Source of the DNA: Chromera velia
Lineage: Eukaryota
NCBI GenBank assembly: GCA_018398765.1
Contig: JAHBMJ010000037.1
Location: 1 to 58,672, forward strand
DNA: 58,672 nucleotides
Direction of reading: 5' to 3'
The notes below the pieces were generated by a model, which searched no databases, was not told the DNA's origin, and saw nothing but the letters and a program-made list of their open reading frames with translations. How positions within the stretch are numbered: the first letter of the stretch is position 1; every line of letters begins with the position of its first letter. Of the stretch, positions 1 to 12,949 are shown piece by piece. A program made the translations under genes and the position numbers.

Positions 1-6
1 AATCAC

Positions 7-546
7 TTACCAGGGAATTTCATCTTCCCAAAACTCACACACACGCATTCCACTCCACAAACCTCTTAGTTCTGCCCATACTGATTTCACCTCTCTACTT
101 CTTAATTGCCACCTACACCTGCCCGTTGCTTGTTTCTCTTTCTCCTGCTGTCTCTTCTTTTCTTTGAAGGCACGCAATGCCTCTTTTGCATGTGTCAGGT
201 TGATAGCAGGCTCCCATGATGCATTCTCTTTACTTTCTCCTTCCCACCACACCAGGTAGTGCGCCTGTTTGTCTATCTTTCTGTGGTCAAGAATCTCTTT
301 TACTTCATACTCAATCTCTTTTGATGCAGGCAACCAAACAGCAGGCAGAGGATCATCCTTCCTTCTCTCATACTTCTTCAGGTATGATACATTAATCACA
401 TTGTAACCCTTCATTCCTGCAGGGAATATGAGCTCATATGCATTGCTCCCCACCTTTCTCTCTACTTTGAATGGTCCATAAAATACAGGCTCAAGCTTCC
501 TGCTTGGCTTCCTGCTTCCCTTAAAATAAGCATTGCGTACAAGCAA
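7..546 (-). pseudogene. Gypsy integrase C-terminus (GPF/SH3-like motif) plus chromodomain
   Basis: KLEPVFYGPFKV followed by EYEVKEILDHRK...HYLVWWEG...ASWEPAINL, a typical chromodomain. Confidence 0.9.
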
Positions 547-591
547 AAAGTCCCCTGGGGCAAATGAAACCTCTTGTCTGTATGGATCTAC

Positions 592-1524
592 TTATCGAGC
601 TGCTCGTTCTCTTGCTTGCTCAAGTTTCTCCTTTGCTCTCATGATTTCTGCCTCTCTGCGATCTACAAAGTCTGCTGCTGGCAGACAGAATGACTTAGAA
701 CGCACAGAGATAAAAGGCAGGCGAATCGGGTCACGTCCATACAGAAAGCGAAAAAGAGATATACCTGTGGCTGGATGCACCGAATCACGATACGCAAACT
801 GACAAGAACACAACCACTTCGGCCAGTCCGTTTGATGCTCGTTCATGAAACAACGCAACATCTGTTCAATGGTCTGGTTGTCTCTCTTTGTCTGTCCATC
901 TGACTGTAGATGTCCTCTTGTGCTCATATTTAATTTTATGCCGCACATCCGAGCGAGTTCCTTCCAAAATACAGAGAGAAAACGAGGATCACGGTCACTG
1001 ACCACTGATTAGGGCATCCCGTGCTCGCAGACAATCCCCTCAAAGACCACCTCGGCTGTCCCTTCTGCTGTAATCTCTTGTGAGACTGCAGCAAAGAAAG
1101 GAGTTTTGGAGAGGCGATCAACCACAGAGAGGATTCCATCTACCTCTTCTCCTTTAAACACCACCCTCGGGAGTCCAAATACAAAATCAAGAGAAATAGA
1201 CTGAAAAGAAAATTCAGGAATAGACAGAGGTTGGAGTAATTCATACTGCTTCTCAGTTGGCCTCTTTGCTTTTTGACAGGCATCACACTTTCTGACGTAC
1301 TGAACAACCGATATGTACATATGTGGCTAATAAAAACTCCCTGCCAGTTTTAAATATGTTTTCTCTGCCCCCAAATGCCCCCCTGCAGCCGTATCATGAT
1401 GTTCATAGATGAGGTTTCTTTGTAGTCTCTCTGTCGGGATGGCCAGTCTGTCATTGAAATAGAGCAGTCCGTCTTCTATCTGAAATCTCGGAAGAATCAG
1501 CCGCAAATGTCGAGGACCAGGCAC
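592..1524 (-). pseudogene. Gypsy integrase (H2C2 zinc finger and DDE core), split by stops
   Basis: EHHDTAAGGHLG...CDACQK; ISLDFVFGLP; VSDRDPRF; QSDGQTKRDNQ, where the canonical TER glutamate appears as K. Confidence 0.92.
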
Positions 1525-1557
1525 CTCTTTCTCAGGATCTTTGTCAGGGTCTTCAAT

Positions 1558-3114
1558 TTAGAGCCTTGCTTCAAGCACTTCTTTCACCTCCGTCCAGAAT
1601 TTCTCTTCTTCATATCCTTTCCTTATCCTTTCCAGTAATTCCTCATCCGTTTGCACTCTTGATTTCATTTGCAACAATTGACATACTTCTTTTCTTTCTT
1701 TATCTTTTTCTTCTTTCTCAGCGTTCACCCCAGGGCACCTGCTCAACGCATCTGCCATGCGATTCCGAGCACCGGGCACGTACCTTAGAGTGATCCCGAT
1801 CTCGTCGAATATGCTGACAAATCTGTGCATACGTGGAGACATTAAGGTGCGGTCAGCGGACACATTCACATATTTAAGAGACTCATGATCTGACCACACC
1901 TTAGTTGTGTGACTAACGTATGGCCTCCACGATTTGACCGCAAACACACAGGAAAGAAATTCTTTATCTCTGATCGGATACCTGAGCTCTGCCTATGTCA
2001 TTCTACGTGATGCAAATATACACGGACGGAGCCAGCCGATCTCAGGATCATCCTGCATGAGCGCGGCAGTGAGGGCTTCTGTCGATTCATATGCATCCAC
2101 AAAAATTTTGAAGGGACGCGCAGGGTCAGGAATGTAGAGTTCGACAGTATTCTTTACTGTTTGCTTTACTGCTTCAAAGCTTTCTTCCTCTTTCTTCCCC
2201 CACTCAAACGATTTGTTTCCCTTCAGCAATGCATACAAAGGGCCTGCTTTCTCACTGAAGCGAGGGACAAACCGTCTCACCCAATTTGCAAACCCCAAAA
2301 ACGAAAGCACTTCATTTCTGTTTTTAAGAGTAGGCCACTTACTGACTTGGTCTGTCTTGCTCTGCTTGGGCCGCATTCCGGTCCTGGAGATCTTCAGCCC
2401 GAGAAATGTCACCTCAGTCTGCATGAAATGGCATTTCGACAATTTTGCATACAATTTATTTTCACTCAACAAACGCAAAACAATTCTGATGTGTCTCTTG
2501 TGCTCTTCTCTTGTACGTGAATAAATCAGAACGTCATCCAGAAAAACCGAAACAAAACGGTCAAGACAAGAGCAAAGAGTAAATTGAATCAACCTCATCG
2601 CTGTAGGAGGTGCGTTTGTCAACCCAAAAGAGACAACCAGCCACTCAAAAGAACCATAGCGTGTAGTGAAAGCTGTCTTTGGGATGTTTTCTTCTCTGAC
2701 CCTCATTTGGTGATAATACTGCCTGAGGTCCAGTGTCGTGAAGAACCGGGCCCCATGCAATCGATCAATCAACTCTTGCGGGTGAGGGAGAGAATGCTTG
2801 TCTTTGATAGTGATGCGATTCAAGCCAGTGTAGTCACAACACATTCTCATCGAGCCATCTTTCTTTTATACAAAAAGAACAGGCGCAGCATAAGGAGAAG
2901 CAGACGGTCGGATGAATCCTTGTTCAAGGTATGTATCTATCTGTCTCCTCAGCTCATCTGTTTCTCCTACTGACAGCCGATAAGGCGAACGGGCAGGAGG
3001 TGAATGACCGGGCTTAAGTTCGATTTTGAAATCCAAATGAGGTCCTCTTGACGGTGGCAGATGAGAGAGACGATCAGAAAAAAGAGACGCATGATCTGCC
3101 ACAATTCCTTTCAC
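1558..3114 (-). pseudogene. Gypsy reverse transcriptase and RNase H, with stops
   Basis: IRPSASPYAAPVLFV; RMCCDYTGLN; KTAFTTRYGSFEW; VFLDDVLIYS (YxDD-type); VDAYES; WSDHESL; NRMADALSR. Confidence 0.95.
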
Positions 3115-3138
3115 ATCCTGAGGAACATCCGCATCTGA

Positions 3139-4145
3139 TCAAGAAAGAAAAGCATGCACGTCTGACAAATCAGGGGCCGACCGAGCAAGATGATCAGATG
3201 GAAGAGAAGAAAGAAAGTCAGAAGAGAGAAAATCAGAACCTACGTTCCCTCCATCATTCATTCTCCCCTTTCTTTTTCCTTTACTCACTTCAATTGCATA
3301 CACGAAGCACTCCTGTTCTGCTTCTCCTGCAGGCCAGTGTGCCGTCTCCATTCTCACGATATGGCAGACAGCACCTTTTCGAATTGCTCGTTTGGCCTGC
3401 GCAAAAGAAAAGACAGGAGGGCAAGGTCGGTTCTCTTTACATGCACCCCCCCGAATAATAACTTCCTGGCCGTTAAAGAAGAAATGAAGAGAACGAGACC
3501 AATGACCAAGTTTTGGTTGGTAGACATCACTCCATTTTCTTCCCAAGATGACATCATAGTCATCAAGGTCAGCCAGCAATACACCGACTATCTCTCGATA
3601 CCCCTGAATGCGAAGGGGAACAGAAGGTGTATACTCACTAACCTCTCGTCCTCTGGGCTCCTTCACGGCCACCCTACATCTCATCGGAGTCCCAAACCTG
3701 CGAATATGCAACTGACGCAGATGTGCAAACTTGCTATCAATGAAAATATCATCAGCTCCAATGTCATACAAAACTCTGACTGGAGCACCTGCGACAGTAC
3801 CGTGATAGACAAAACCAGTCTCAAACGAATCATCCTCATCATCCTCTTCCTCACTCAATTCTTCATCTGTTCTCTGCCTTTTATCTTCCTCAACTTCATA
3901 ACATACCGTCAAGTCGGGTTTGACCACGGTCTCGTCATTCTCGTTTCGGCTTCTGATCGTCCTCACCCCAGCTATCCGTCTCAATCCAGCCTTGCACGCT
4001 GGTTGATGTCCACTTGGCTGAGGTTGAGGCGATCCACCGAAAGAAGGAGACCATGCACGTCTTTTGCCACCGAAGCCAAAGCCTCTTCCAGATGACATGG
4101 GTGAACTTGGACTGTCACCTCTCTATCCAGACCTCCCTCTCCCCC
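3139..4145 (-). pseudogene. Gypsy aspartic protease region
   Basis: VRVLYDIGADDIFID (DTG-like site) and YDVILGRKW flap motif. Confidence 0.85.
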
Positions 4146-4153
4146 CTGTAAGT

Positions 4154-5003
4154 CAGTGCATTGAACAAATAAATTGCAAATAAATTGCTTTGATCAGTTT
4201 GATGCAAATAATTATTGTAATAGTTGCAATTAATTGCCAATAATTACCTATAAAACAAAAATTTAATTTTTCTAAGTGCTCTAGGGTGTTTAAAGGACTA
4301 TTAATAACATTTTTATGTTTTTTTATGCATATTTAATGTGATGTACAGTATTTTAATACTTATATAAATGAATTTAAAATCTTTGAAAGGAGTTATACTA
4401 ACTTATATAACTCATTACTAAGCTATTACTTCATATTAATACCTGTAATATATTTAACAATAACTATTTTTATTTTTTAACATAGAAAATATAAATTTAG
4501 AATTCAATATGAATGATAAATAATATGAACACACTTTCATGTACGGTTTATAATATGAAAATTCTGTAACTGTACGTACAAGCAGTAAAAACTTACTGCT
4601 GGTATGTATAGTGCTTCAATTTTATGAGTATGCTGCATGCAAACAAGGCCATATCCACGAAAACATCCATGCAATCGATCATACAATAGCAGAAACGAGA
4701 AGACACGAAGGCTAGAACATTTTTATGCATCACTCAGTATCATTCATGAATCAAGAAAACGTATCAAGGCATGCAATTGTATGAGCATGCACCGCGCGCA
4801 TGCTTGATCGCTTTGGCGCCCTATAACGCGCGTTTAGCCTTGTTTTTGACTAGTTTTGAGCCCAATAAAACACCTCAGACTCTCAATTTTGAAATTGTAT
4901 ACAATTATTGCAATGAATTGCAATAAACTAAGAGCTTGCAATGAATTATTGCTCCCAATTATTTGTAATTATTGCAATTACAATTATTGCTTTCAATGCA
5001 CTG
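4154..5003. mobile_element. Non-autonomous hAT-like TIR element (850 bp) inserted at the Gypsy gag-pol junction
   Basis: TIR CAGTGCATTGAA...TTCAATGCACTG. 8-bp TSD CTGTAAGT (4146-4153) / CTGTAGGT (5004-5011). Subterminal AATTGCAA repeats. Removal restores the gag-pol frame. Confidence 0.9.
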
Positions 5004-6200
5004 CTGTAGGTTGAGTGACTTGATTGATGGGATACGGAAAGGGAAGGGATGGGTAAGGAGGAGGTGGCCAGGGGTACCCAGGCGTCGCCCCAAAACCCGG
5101 GACGAAAGGAGCAAATCCTGGAGATGCCCTGGGCGGCCACGGAGATCTGGATTGAGACGTCGTTTGAATGGTCCGCATGTGTGGAGGAAGTTGAGGTCCA
5201 TTCCTACACCCGGCCATCATGTCGGTGTTCTCCCCACATAGAAGACACCGATTTAGTCTCCCCCTGCTCTCCCATACCATCTGTGGAATCAATGGATGTC
5301 GGGGTAGAAGTCTTCTTGAAGGTCGCACCCCAACATCACACAATTCCATGGGAGCCGGTCCTGTGGGATCAATCACCGGACTTGGATCAGACGGAGGCCC
5401 TCGCGACCAACGGCTTTGAGAGCGCGAACTGGCCTGCTTGAGCCAGATTTCGCTGTCCAACGCCTTCTCCATTGCTTCGTCTAATGTTGCCAGCTCTATC
5501 CTGTCAGTCTCATACATAATCCCGGGCGGCAAACCCTCAATATAGTCCTCTACGAGATCCTCCTCATTCGCATTTGTAATCTTCAACGCAAGAAGGGAGA
5601 ATTCTTTGTTATAGTCGTCGACCATCCCTGTGCACCTGAGGGATAACACCTGCTTTCTCGCCTTCCTCCTCTTATGTTTCTCCTTATACCTGCGTCGCAG
5701 TACTTCACGCAACACAGGCTAGTCTGCAAACCCCATGCCTCTCTTCACACGTAAGTCGAACCAGTCCCTCAGCTCCTTGCACAGGAAGGACTTTGCGAGG
5801 CCAAGCTGACGATGAGGAGTAACATTCACATTGGTAAAGTAGTCGTTGGTGTCCGTAATAAACCTCTCCACTATGTCGCGGCGTCCAGTGAACTCGTCCG
5901 GCTGCTTCAGTGCAATCCAGGGAAGCTGCTCTCGCAGATCAGGGCCCTGAGAGGGCACGACAAGCTGCTGTGTACCCTCCTCACTCATTGGCAGCACCTG
6001 AGGAGGCAACTGTGGAGGTGGAGCTGCAACCCTCGCCACCAGCCCCTCCATGGTCTGCTGCATCATCTCTTGAGTTTGCTGCAGGCTGGTGACGGACTGT
6101 TCAAGGTTGTACAGTGCCGTTCCCACCTGCTCGTTTATCAAAGGAGCCAAGACTGGAGGTGGTTCTATGACAGCAATAGAATTGAGACTGAATACAAACG
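5004..6200 (-). pseudogene. Gypsy gag (capsid domain and degenerate zinc knuckle)
   Basis: LKQPDEFTG...; VDDYNKEF...YIEGL; PAPMEL; RCLLCGENTDMMAGC. Internal TAG at 5719-5721 where Trp is expected. The exact start codon is uncertain. Confidence 0.85.
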
Positions 6201-6215
6201 AATCAAAAATCCTGT

Positions 6216-6238
6216 TCGAAACCAGGCTCTGGTAACCA
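6216..6238 (-). promoter_or_regulatory. Primer-binding site, initiator tRNA-Met-like
   Basis: Minus strand TGGTTACCAGAGCCTGGTTTCGA, 3 nt downstream of the LTR end. Resembles the TGGTATCAGAGC-type tRNAiMet PBS. Confidence 0.8.
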
Positions 6239-6241
6239 GAT

Positions 6242-6536
6242 TGTAAGCAGAATATGGGGCTAGAACTCTCAACGCTAACGATGTGCATTCAGAGTTCATA
6301 GACTATAAGAGTTTGACCTAGAGAGGTTCGTACATTGTTCCTTCGATCAAGCCAGTCCAACGATCGTTAGCGATCGTTAGCTAATTCAAATGCATGCAGA
6401 TCGATATCACTTTATTCAGTCCTGTGCCAAGCCACACTTATTGAAGTCCGCGCGCGCATCACCGTGGCGCCGCCGGCCTCGCAGCTCCACCACTCCGCAG
6501 GCCCGTTGCGTACTCGCCGCTCGTAGCCGGCCTACA
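6242..6536 (-). repeat. 5' LTR of the Gypsy element (295 bp)
   Basis: Near-perfect inverted termini TGTAGGC...GCTTACA adjacent to the PBS. Partner LTR is outside the window. Confidence 0.75.
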
Positions 6537-7138
6537 TGTGGCATAAAGGCAGGCTGGAGCCTGGATAGAATGTGGAAGAGCAAGTGGGGTGGGCCATCTT
6601 CCCGGAAGGGAGGTCCTGCGAGGACCCGGACGACTCTATCACCGTGATGGGGGCGTTTCGAAGATGGTTTAATCAGAGGACTCAGGCTGTCATCCATCGA
6701 ATGATGTAGGTCGAAGAGCCCCATATCTTCTCAGAAGAGCATGACATCGATAAAAACGCCGAGGCGGCAGACTCCCCGGAGGAAGGTCTGACGACCGAGG
6801 ATGCGTTCAGGTCTCTTCCCCTCCCTGATCGGAAGGATAACAAGGAGATGATGGAGTCTGCCATCAATGATGGTGAGTTTTGGGAGCGGGGGTTCCCTCC
6901 TTTGACAGACAGGGAGAGGAGAATCACAGTGTTTATCTCTGCGAGGGGGACTTTGAAGAGGCAGCTTCTGCGCATGCTGATAGATTCATGCATGTTCGGG
7001 AATCTCATACCGGCGCAGACCCTGGCAATGCTGAGGAGTCTCCTGGGGGACGACTTCATCGTCTAGGAGCTCCCTCTGCCGGTTCTCATACGCTCCAAAG
7101 GGCCGGGGTGGGGTGCCGTCTTTCTATATGAAAGGGCA

Positions 7139-8900
7139 GTGGGACTGCACATGGGAGGGCACGATGAGTTCGGAGCTTCCAGGAACTACATCATCCCCCG
7201 GTTCATCCACAACATCGAGCAGGCGCCCGTGTTGGTGAGAAACACTCCTGGAGGGGCTTTGTTCATTCTTGAAGAGCATCGAACAAGAACCCCTGCGTGG
7301 GAGGCGTGGGAGGCATGCACTTGGCAGGAGTACGAGACTTACAACGACGACATATGTTGCATGGCGTCTCGCCACTGGATGGAGGTGCGACAAATGAGGC
7401 CTATAGTGGATGTGGAAATTATACCGTCCCCCACGGAAGTTTCTGTGCCTGAGAGGATCACCATCCTCTACCCCTGGGGACCACTGGGTTGTGCTCAGGT
7501 TGGGAGGGGACTCAACGACCTCCGGGGTATCGACTACGACAACAGTATCGCGGAACACCCACGCCGTCGGGAGAGGGCTGATGGTGGCAGCTGTAGTTAC
7601 AGACGACGCTACCAGGCAAACGAGTTCGACTCCTATATCTTCCACCATGGCTAGCAGAATGCCTTTGGCAGGTATAGAGCCAGGAGGAAGAGGGACGACC
7701 TGTCTGAGCATCCAAAGGGGTACATTCCCCAAGGCTGCTATCTAATGACCATCTTCCTTGTCGGGAGGTGGGCAGCGGAAGAGACAGAGGCAGAGTACTG
7801 GAGGGTTGGCCTGACAGTCTCTCACAGAGCTGGGGACGGCAGGGACCGTCTGGTAGAAAACGTTTACGTACAGCAGATCGGCCCCTTAGCCTTCCTCACT
7901 GAGATTAAAAGCAGGGAGGGGGCCATTGTCTGGCATCGGAGGTTCGGGCATGTAGGAGCAGCTGCCCTCCTCAAGACGATGAGGGACATAAGGTATGACA
8001 TATCCGAGAACACCCTCCCTAAGTGGCTTCGCGACTGCCCGATCTGTCCTCTCCTCAAGGCTGTGGAGCCCCCCATTCGATGCAGGGGTGATACGCTCCA
8101 ACTGAGGCTTGGGCAGGTCACTAAGAGCTCGGTATGGATTTTTAATTTCTGGTTTTGGAGGAACCGGGAGCTTATTGAGGCGACGGGAGGCTTCCATAGG
8201 ATTGGCACCCGATTCGGCATCGAGACGAGTGGTCATTGATCGACTGTCTCAACTACTGCCAGAGGTGGATGAGTCGGCCCGTCCTTATCATCATCGATGG
8301 AGAGAAGGCAGGGGCTGGTCAGCTGGTAGACGCCTGGCATCTCGGTGACGGCACCACCCACCATCCTGTTAAGATGAGGCAAAGGCCCCCCTACACCGGT
8401 AAGGGTATGCTCTCGTTCGTGGAGAGAGCAAACTAAAAGAATCGGGAGATCACTTCCGCCCTTATACAGGACGAACGCCACCGTTTCCCTCTCGGAGCGA
8501 CCCATCTGGTTGCGATAGGGGGTTGCTGGACGCTCCTATGTTTGTGGAGTGAAGCTGCAGGGGGGACCTCATTTAAGCTTCTCTGCGGGAGGCGCGAGAT
8601 TCCGGGGCGGATGACCGGTAATTGGGGTATCCTCAGCAGTCCTGCTGACGGGGTCAGCATGAGGGGGATCTGGATCCAGTTCCTCACCGCCGTGATGCAT
8701 GACATGGTGGTTGTCATGCATCGTGTGCCTGTTGAGCCCCGACAGCCCAACGGGGAGGAGAGATTTACGTTTCTCAACGTCTATCCCAAGAATTAAGCTG
8801 CTGTTTCCTCCTCATGGCTTCAAGAAGTGGGCTCCTGGTGGGGTGGGGGACCAGCCCTTTGAAATTGTAGACTCCTTTGGAAACAGGGAGATTGTGCATC
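7139..8900 (+). pseudogene. Copia protease remnant, GAG-pre-integrase domain and integrase core
   Basis: FGASRNYI (DSGAS-like); VWHRRFGH...CPICPLLK; IIIDGEK; FVERAN. Frameshifts and stops present. Confidence 0.8.
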
Positions 8901-10742
8901 CGCACGAGTGGGTCTTGGTACAGGACATGAATGGAGGGACGGGGGCCAAGTATCGCCCTAACACGTCAAAGCAGAGGGGGCACCGTAGATTCCCGTATCT
9001 CCTCCCTGGGCAGGTTCCTCGCGGCCGTGCAGTTGCGCAGCCACAGAGCGGAAGGGCCCCCTCAATGGACAGGAACCTGTTTAACCCCATAGAGTTGGCG
9101 CTCCATCGCAGAGGCACCTCTCGCAACAGCTCCCTGAGAGGCTTCCGTTGCCACCAGAGGCATGGGAGATGTAAGCGCATTGGTAGCTGCTACTGCAGGG
9201 GAGGGCTCCTCATTCTCATCCTCGGCCTCCGGAGGGGCCACAGCAGCCGGAGGAGGGGCAGGCACGGGGGGGGACCTCCACAACGTGTTACTCGCAGAGG
9301 TGTGGCGGATGGGAATCCTGGACGATACTCCAGGTCTGGAGCGCCTCTGGCAGATACCCTGTCCTGATCCCCTTCGGTCGGACATGCAGGGAACCTCAGT
9401 GGATCCTTTGTCCTCCCTTCCTCTCAAGTTGAGGGCTCGCTTCGAGAGCACCCTCTATCGGACTCCCCTGTGGGGCAGAAAGTCTTAGTACTTGAAGAAG
9501 GGGGGCAAGTACGCCGTTCCTCGTTTCTCTGCCTACCAGGCGGTGTGGGACTCCTGGACATGCAAGCCACCAAGTTTCAAGTCGGACGTTGGTGTCGACG
9601 ATGGAGGTCTGCTCGGAGTCTCGAGGAAGACAATACTCGGGAGGCTCAGGAGCTGGTTGGCTCTAGGACCAAGCCTCTCGAAAGTTGGAATTTTTTTTCT
9701 TCGCTCGCCCGTGGAGGCCGAGCAGTATATGAACTCCTTCCCAGAGGATTTTCAGACAAAGTTCTGCAAGGCGTTCACGATAGCTCCCACGCCTCATGCA
9801 GGGAAGCATACTGGGCAGCTCCCTTGGAAGGCGGCACACCTCAACTACGAGGCCCTCCAGTGGACCAAACAAGAAGGTATTTACTGGATTATTGGGTACA
9901 ATATGAGAACTAGACTCGGAAAGTGGGAGCTGGTGGACTAGGCAATAGGTTCGCTGTCAGGGAGCTGTCAGGGACCAAGTGATAGGTTTATGTGCTGGAG
10001 CTGGGATTTTATTCGGCTCCTGACGCCTTCACTACGCAGGATAGAACTCTGGATTTTGACCCCAGGGCAGCTCAGGCGAGATGCCATCAAAAGTATGGGG
10101 AGGACTGGGTGAACAAGAGGTACCTCAAAGTCCTCAAGGTGGAGAAAGAGAGGAGGAGCAAACAGAACGTGTTCGTCCTGGAGGAGTTCAACCCTGGCAA
10201 GGCCTTCTATTGTGCTTACTGCCTGAGTAAGTACCACTACAAGGTGTAGGGGCACCTCCTGGAGTCTCACTACAAGACTGAGGAGAGAGAGGCTGTAGAG
10301 GTGGGTGAGGACCCCACCGCACATGTCCGTCCATCGGACAACAGTTACTGGAAGAAAAGGGTTGACGTGGATGTTTAGGGAGATAAAGGAGCAAAGACCC
10401 CGCCCCAGTGCGTTAATTGGGTCGAGCACTGGGAGAGCAGAGAAGGAGGCAGGCGCACAGGAAGAGGAAGGGCTAAATGAAGAGGAGGAGGAGGAAGGCA
10501 AAGAGTCCTCTGGGGAGGAGGACCACTCCAGACAGCCACCCCACCACTGTCGGGACAATGATGACGACCAGCCACCAGAGTCTAGAGGCTCAAAAGGATC
10601 TGGCGACAGCAGGAAGGACGGTGAGAGTGGGGGTAGGGAGGAAGGTTTTCCTCCTGACTCTCTAGATGCACAAAGGCGAGGGGGGGACCTCTCATCTAGG
10701 GTGGCATCAGGGGAGGAGTTTGTGTACACGGACTGGAATAAA

Positions 10743-11527
10743 CCTAGGTGCATCCTGGTAACTTGGTAGTCAGCCAGAAATAGGGGGGTGGTTACCAGGT
10801 TGGCCGGTAACCTGGCCGGCCGAGTCGCGGCGGCGCCGCGGGCCCGCGCCGCGGCCCGATCGACGTCCGTGCGGCCGCCGCGCGGCCTTGGCGCAATGGG
10901 GGCCGCCGCGACCGCGTCCAGCGCGTCAGGCATGCTTGCGATACCCGTGCGCGCCTGTATGCAGTCTTCTATCGCAATTGAATGTGATCGTTCAGTGATG
11001 CAAAGGTCAGTCACTTTCTTATGTGGAAACGTCGCGACCCTGTGTTGTTGAAACGTTGGTTTTGCTCTTGATTGAGCAGTTGTTCCCCAAAGAAGCTAAA
11101 CTTAGAAGTTTCAAGATGTCAAAAGGCAAACTGTTCACAGCTATCGCGTCGAGTTGACTATGCATGTGTTTTATGCATGTTTTGTGCATGTGTGTGTGCT
11201 TTTATGCCGCATGAATGTGTTTCATCGATTTTCATGCATGTTATTCGCTTGTTGTGCATGCATATGAGTTTCATGCGTGAAAGAAAAACAGTTTTAGGAT
11301 TTAAAAGTTTCCGCGTCTTTCGAATGCGGCCAGATTTTTTTTTAATTTTTTTTCTATAATTTTTTTTTCTATATTTTTTTTAAATTTTTTTTTTCTAGAT
11401 TTTTATTTTTGTTTTTTTTTTTAATTATATGACCGGTAAACCGGTAACCTGGCCATTATTAAAAAATTGGTCTAGCCCGGCCAGGTAACCGGTTACCCGG
11501 TAATTACCCGGCCATCATGCAACTAGG
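10743..11527. mobile_element. Non-autonomous TIR element (785 bp) with 8-bp TSD, inserted in the Copia polyprotein
   Basis: Imperfect TIR CCTAGGTGCATCCTGG...CCATCATGCAACTAGG. Exact TSD GGAATAAA at 10735-10742 and 11528-11535. Subterminal CCGGTAACC repeats at both ends. Confidence 0.88.
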
Positions 11528-12949
11528 GGAATAAAGGCCCATCGTCAGAAAGAAGGAAAAGAGTGCGAGGAGGAAGGAGAAAGCGTTCCGGTATAGACGT
11601 AGACGACGAGAAAGGGTACGAGTCCATCATTCAGGTTGATTCTGACGATGAGGGTAGACCGGCCTGTGATGGGAGACAAACTGCCGGGAGGGGCAGTCGT
11701 ATCCAGATCTGCAGGTAATACCCCACTGCGGGAGCAGGGGGTGCTTGGCATGGGTGTGTTAGAGTTCTCAACGTACGACGATGCTCCACCCGAGAGCAGA
11801 CCGATACGTGTTACGGTCTGGAACACCCCTCGGGGAGGGAAGAAGCTGATCGCCTTCCTGAAGGACTCACGTGACGCCAAGTCATGTGAGTTTGCTACCC
11901 TCAAGCCCGACGTCAACTCCTACGACCCCCTCAAGTTCAAAGTTGGAGAGATTGACATGGATGGGAAGCGCTTAAGAGTTAAAAAGAGGCAGTTGGGGCC
12001 TTGTTTCGAGATGAGAGGTGATTTTGTTCCCCATGCCGCTCTACAAGCCATCACCGACGAAGTCCAGCTCCGAAAGGTCGGACTGGGAAAGCTCCTTTCT
12101 AAGGATAAGGGAAGCGACGGAGATGAGGCAGCAGAGAAGGAGAAGGAGGAACCTAAGGCCTCGGAGGAATCGGCAGCAAAGCAGTCAGTGGAGCTGCCGG
12201 AAGAGGACTTCCGACCCACGGAGGAGGCAGAAGAGCCGTCTTCCTCTTCAGCTTTATCCTCTTCTCTTGCCGAAGCCGCTCCTTCGGGAGCTCCACAGGA
12301 AGAGCCAGTGGAGGGACCCACGGATAGGATCCTGGTGGGCATGGAAGACGTTGCAGGAGTGGGAGATCATCCTCTGAGTGGGGATATCACCGACAGCGAG
12401 CCTCTCTCTCTCGTCGCAAGCATGACAGAGGGGGATAGGTCGGATGGGGAGATGAGCGCTTGGACTATGTCCACTTGTGGAGAAGGTTCTGAGGACGAGG
12501 ATTCTGACGATAAAGATTTTGGGGCGAGGTTGGGGGGACCCTGGCTAGGGCCCGCAAGCACTGGAGACGCTGTCTTGCCTCAGGAGGAGGAGAAGGAGAA
12601 AGAGCCTACCCCAATTTGAAAGGGTTTTTCGATGGTATGTTTCACGAGGGGGGCCTTGGAAGATCCCTCTATCATGCCTGTCAGGTCCACTAGAGGAAGG
12701 TGGGGCAACAAGGTGAGGAAGGATTCAGGCCTCCAGTTGTTTACCGGAGCCATGGGGTGTGAGGAGGCAGATAGGTCTGCCTGGAAGAACGGGAAGTGGA
12801 GAGAAAAGGGGACCCTCGGAGGGGTCTCCTAGTCTCTGTCCTCTGCTCATCTGTCTGACAGGGGGTGGGGTCAGGGCCAGCATGCAGGCTTCACCTTCAT
12901 GGGTGCGGTTATATATGAGGACGAATTGAGTCGCTTCAAACTCAGCTTC

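Larger units (their letters stand above)
1..6536 (-). mobile_element. Ty3/Gypsy (chromovirus-type) LTR retrotransposon, decayed; 3' end outside the window
   Basis: Minus-strand order LTR-PBS-gag-PR-RT-RH-IN-chromodomain is the Gypsy order. Multiple in-frame stops and frameshifts. Interrupted by a TIR element at 4154-5003. Confidence 0.95.

Noticed and set aside
6216..6238. tRNA gene fragment
   Set aside because: Only the 3' ~23 nt are present, next to an LTR, so it is a PBS and not a tRNA gene.
9968..11014. 348-aa minus-strand ORF
   Set aside because: It runs across the MITE-Copia junction and is antisense to the Copia frame, so it is a chance ORF.
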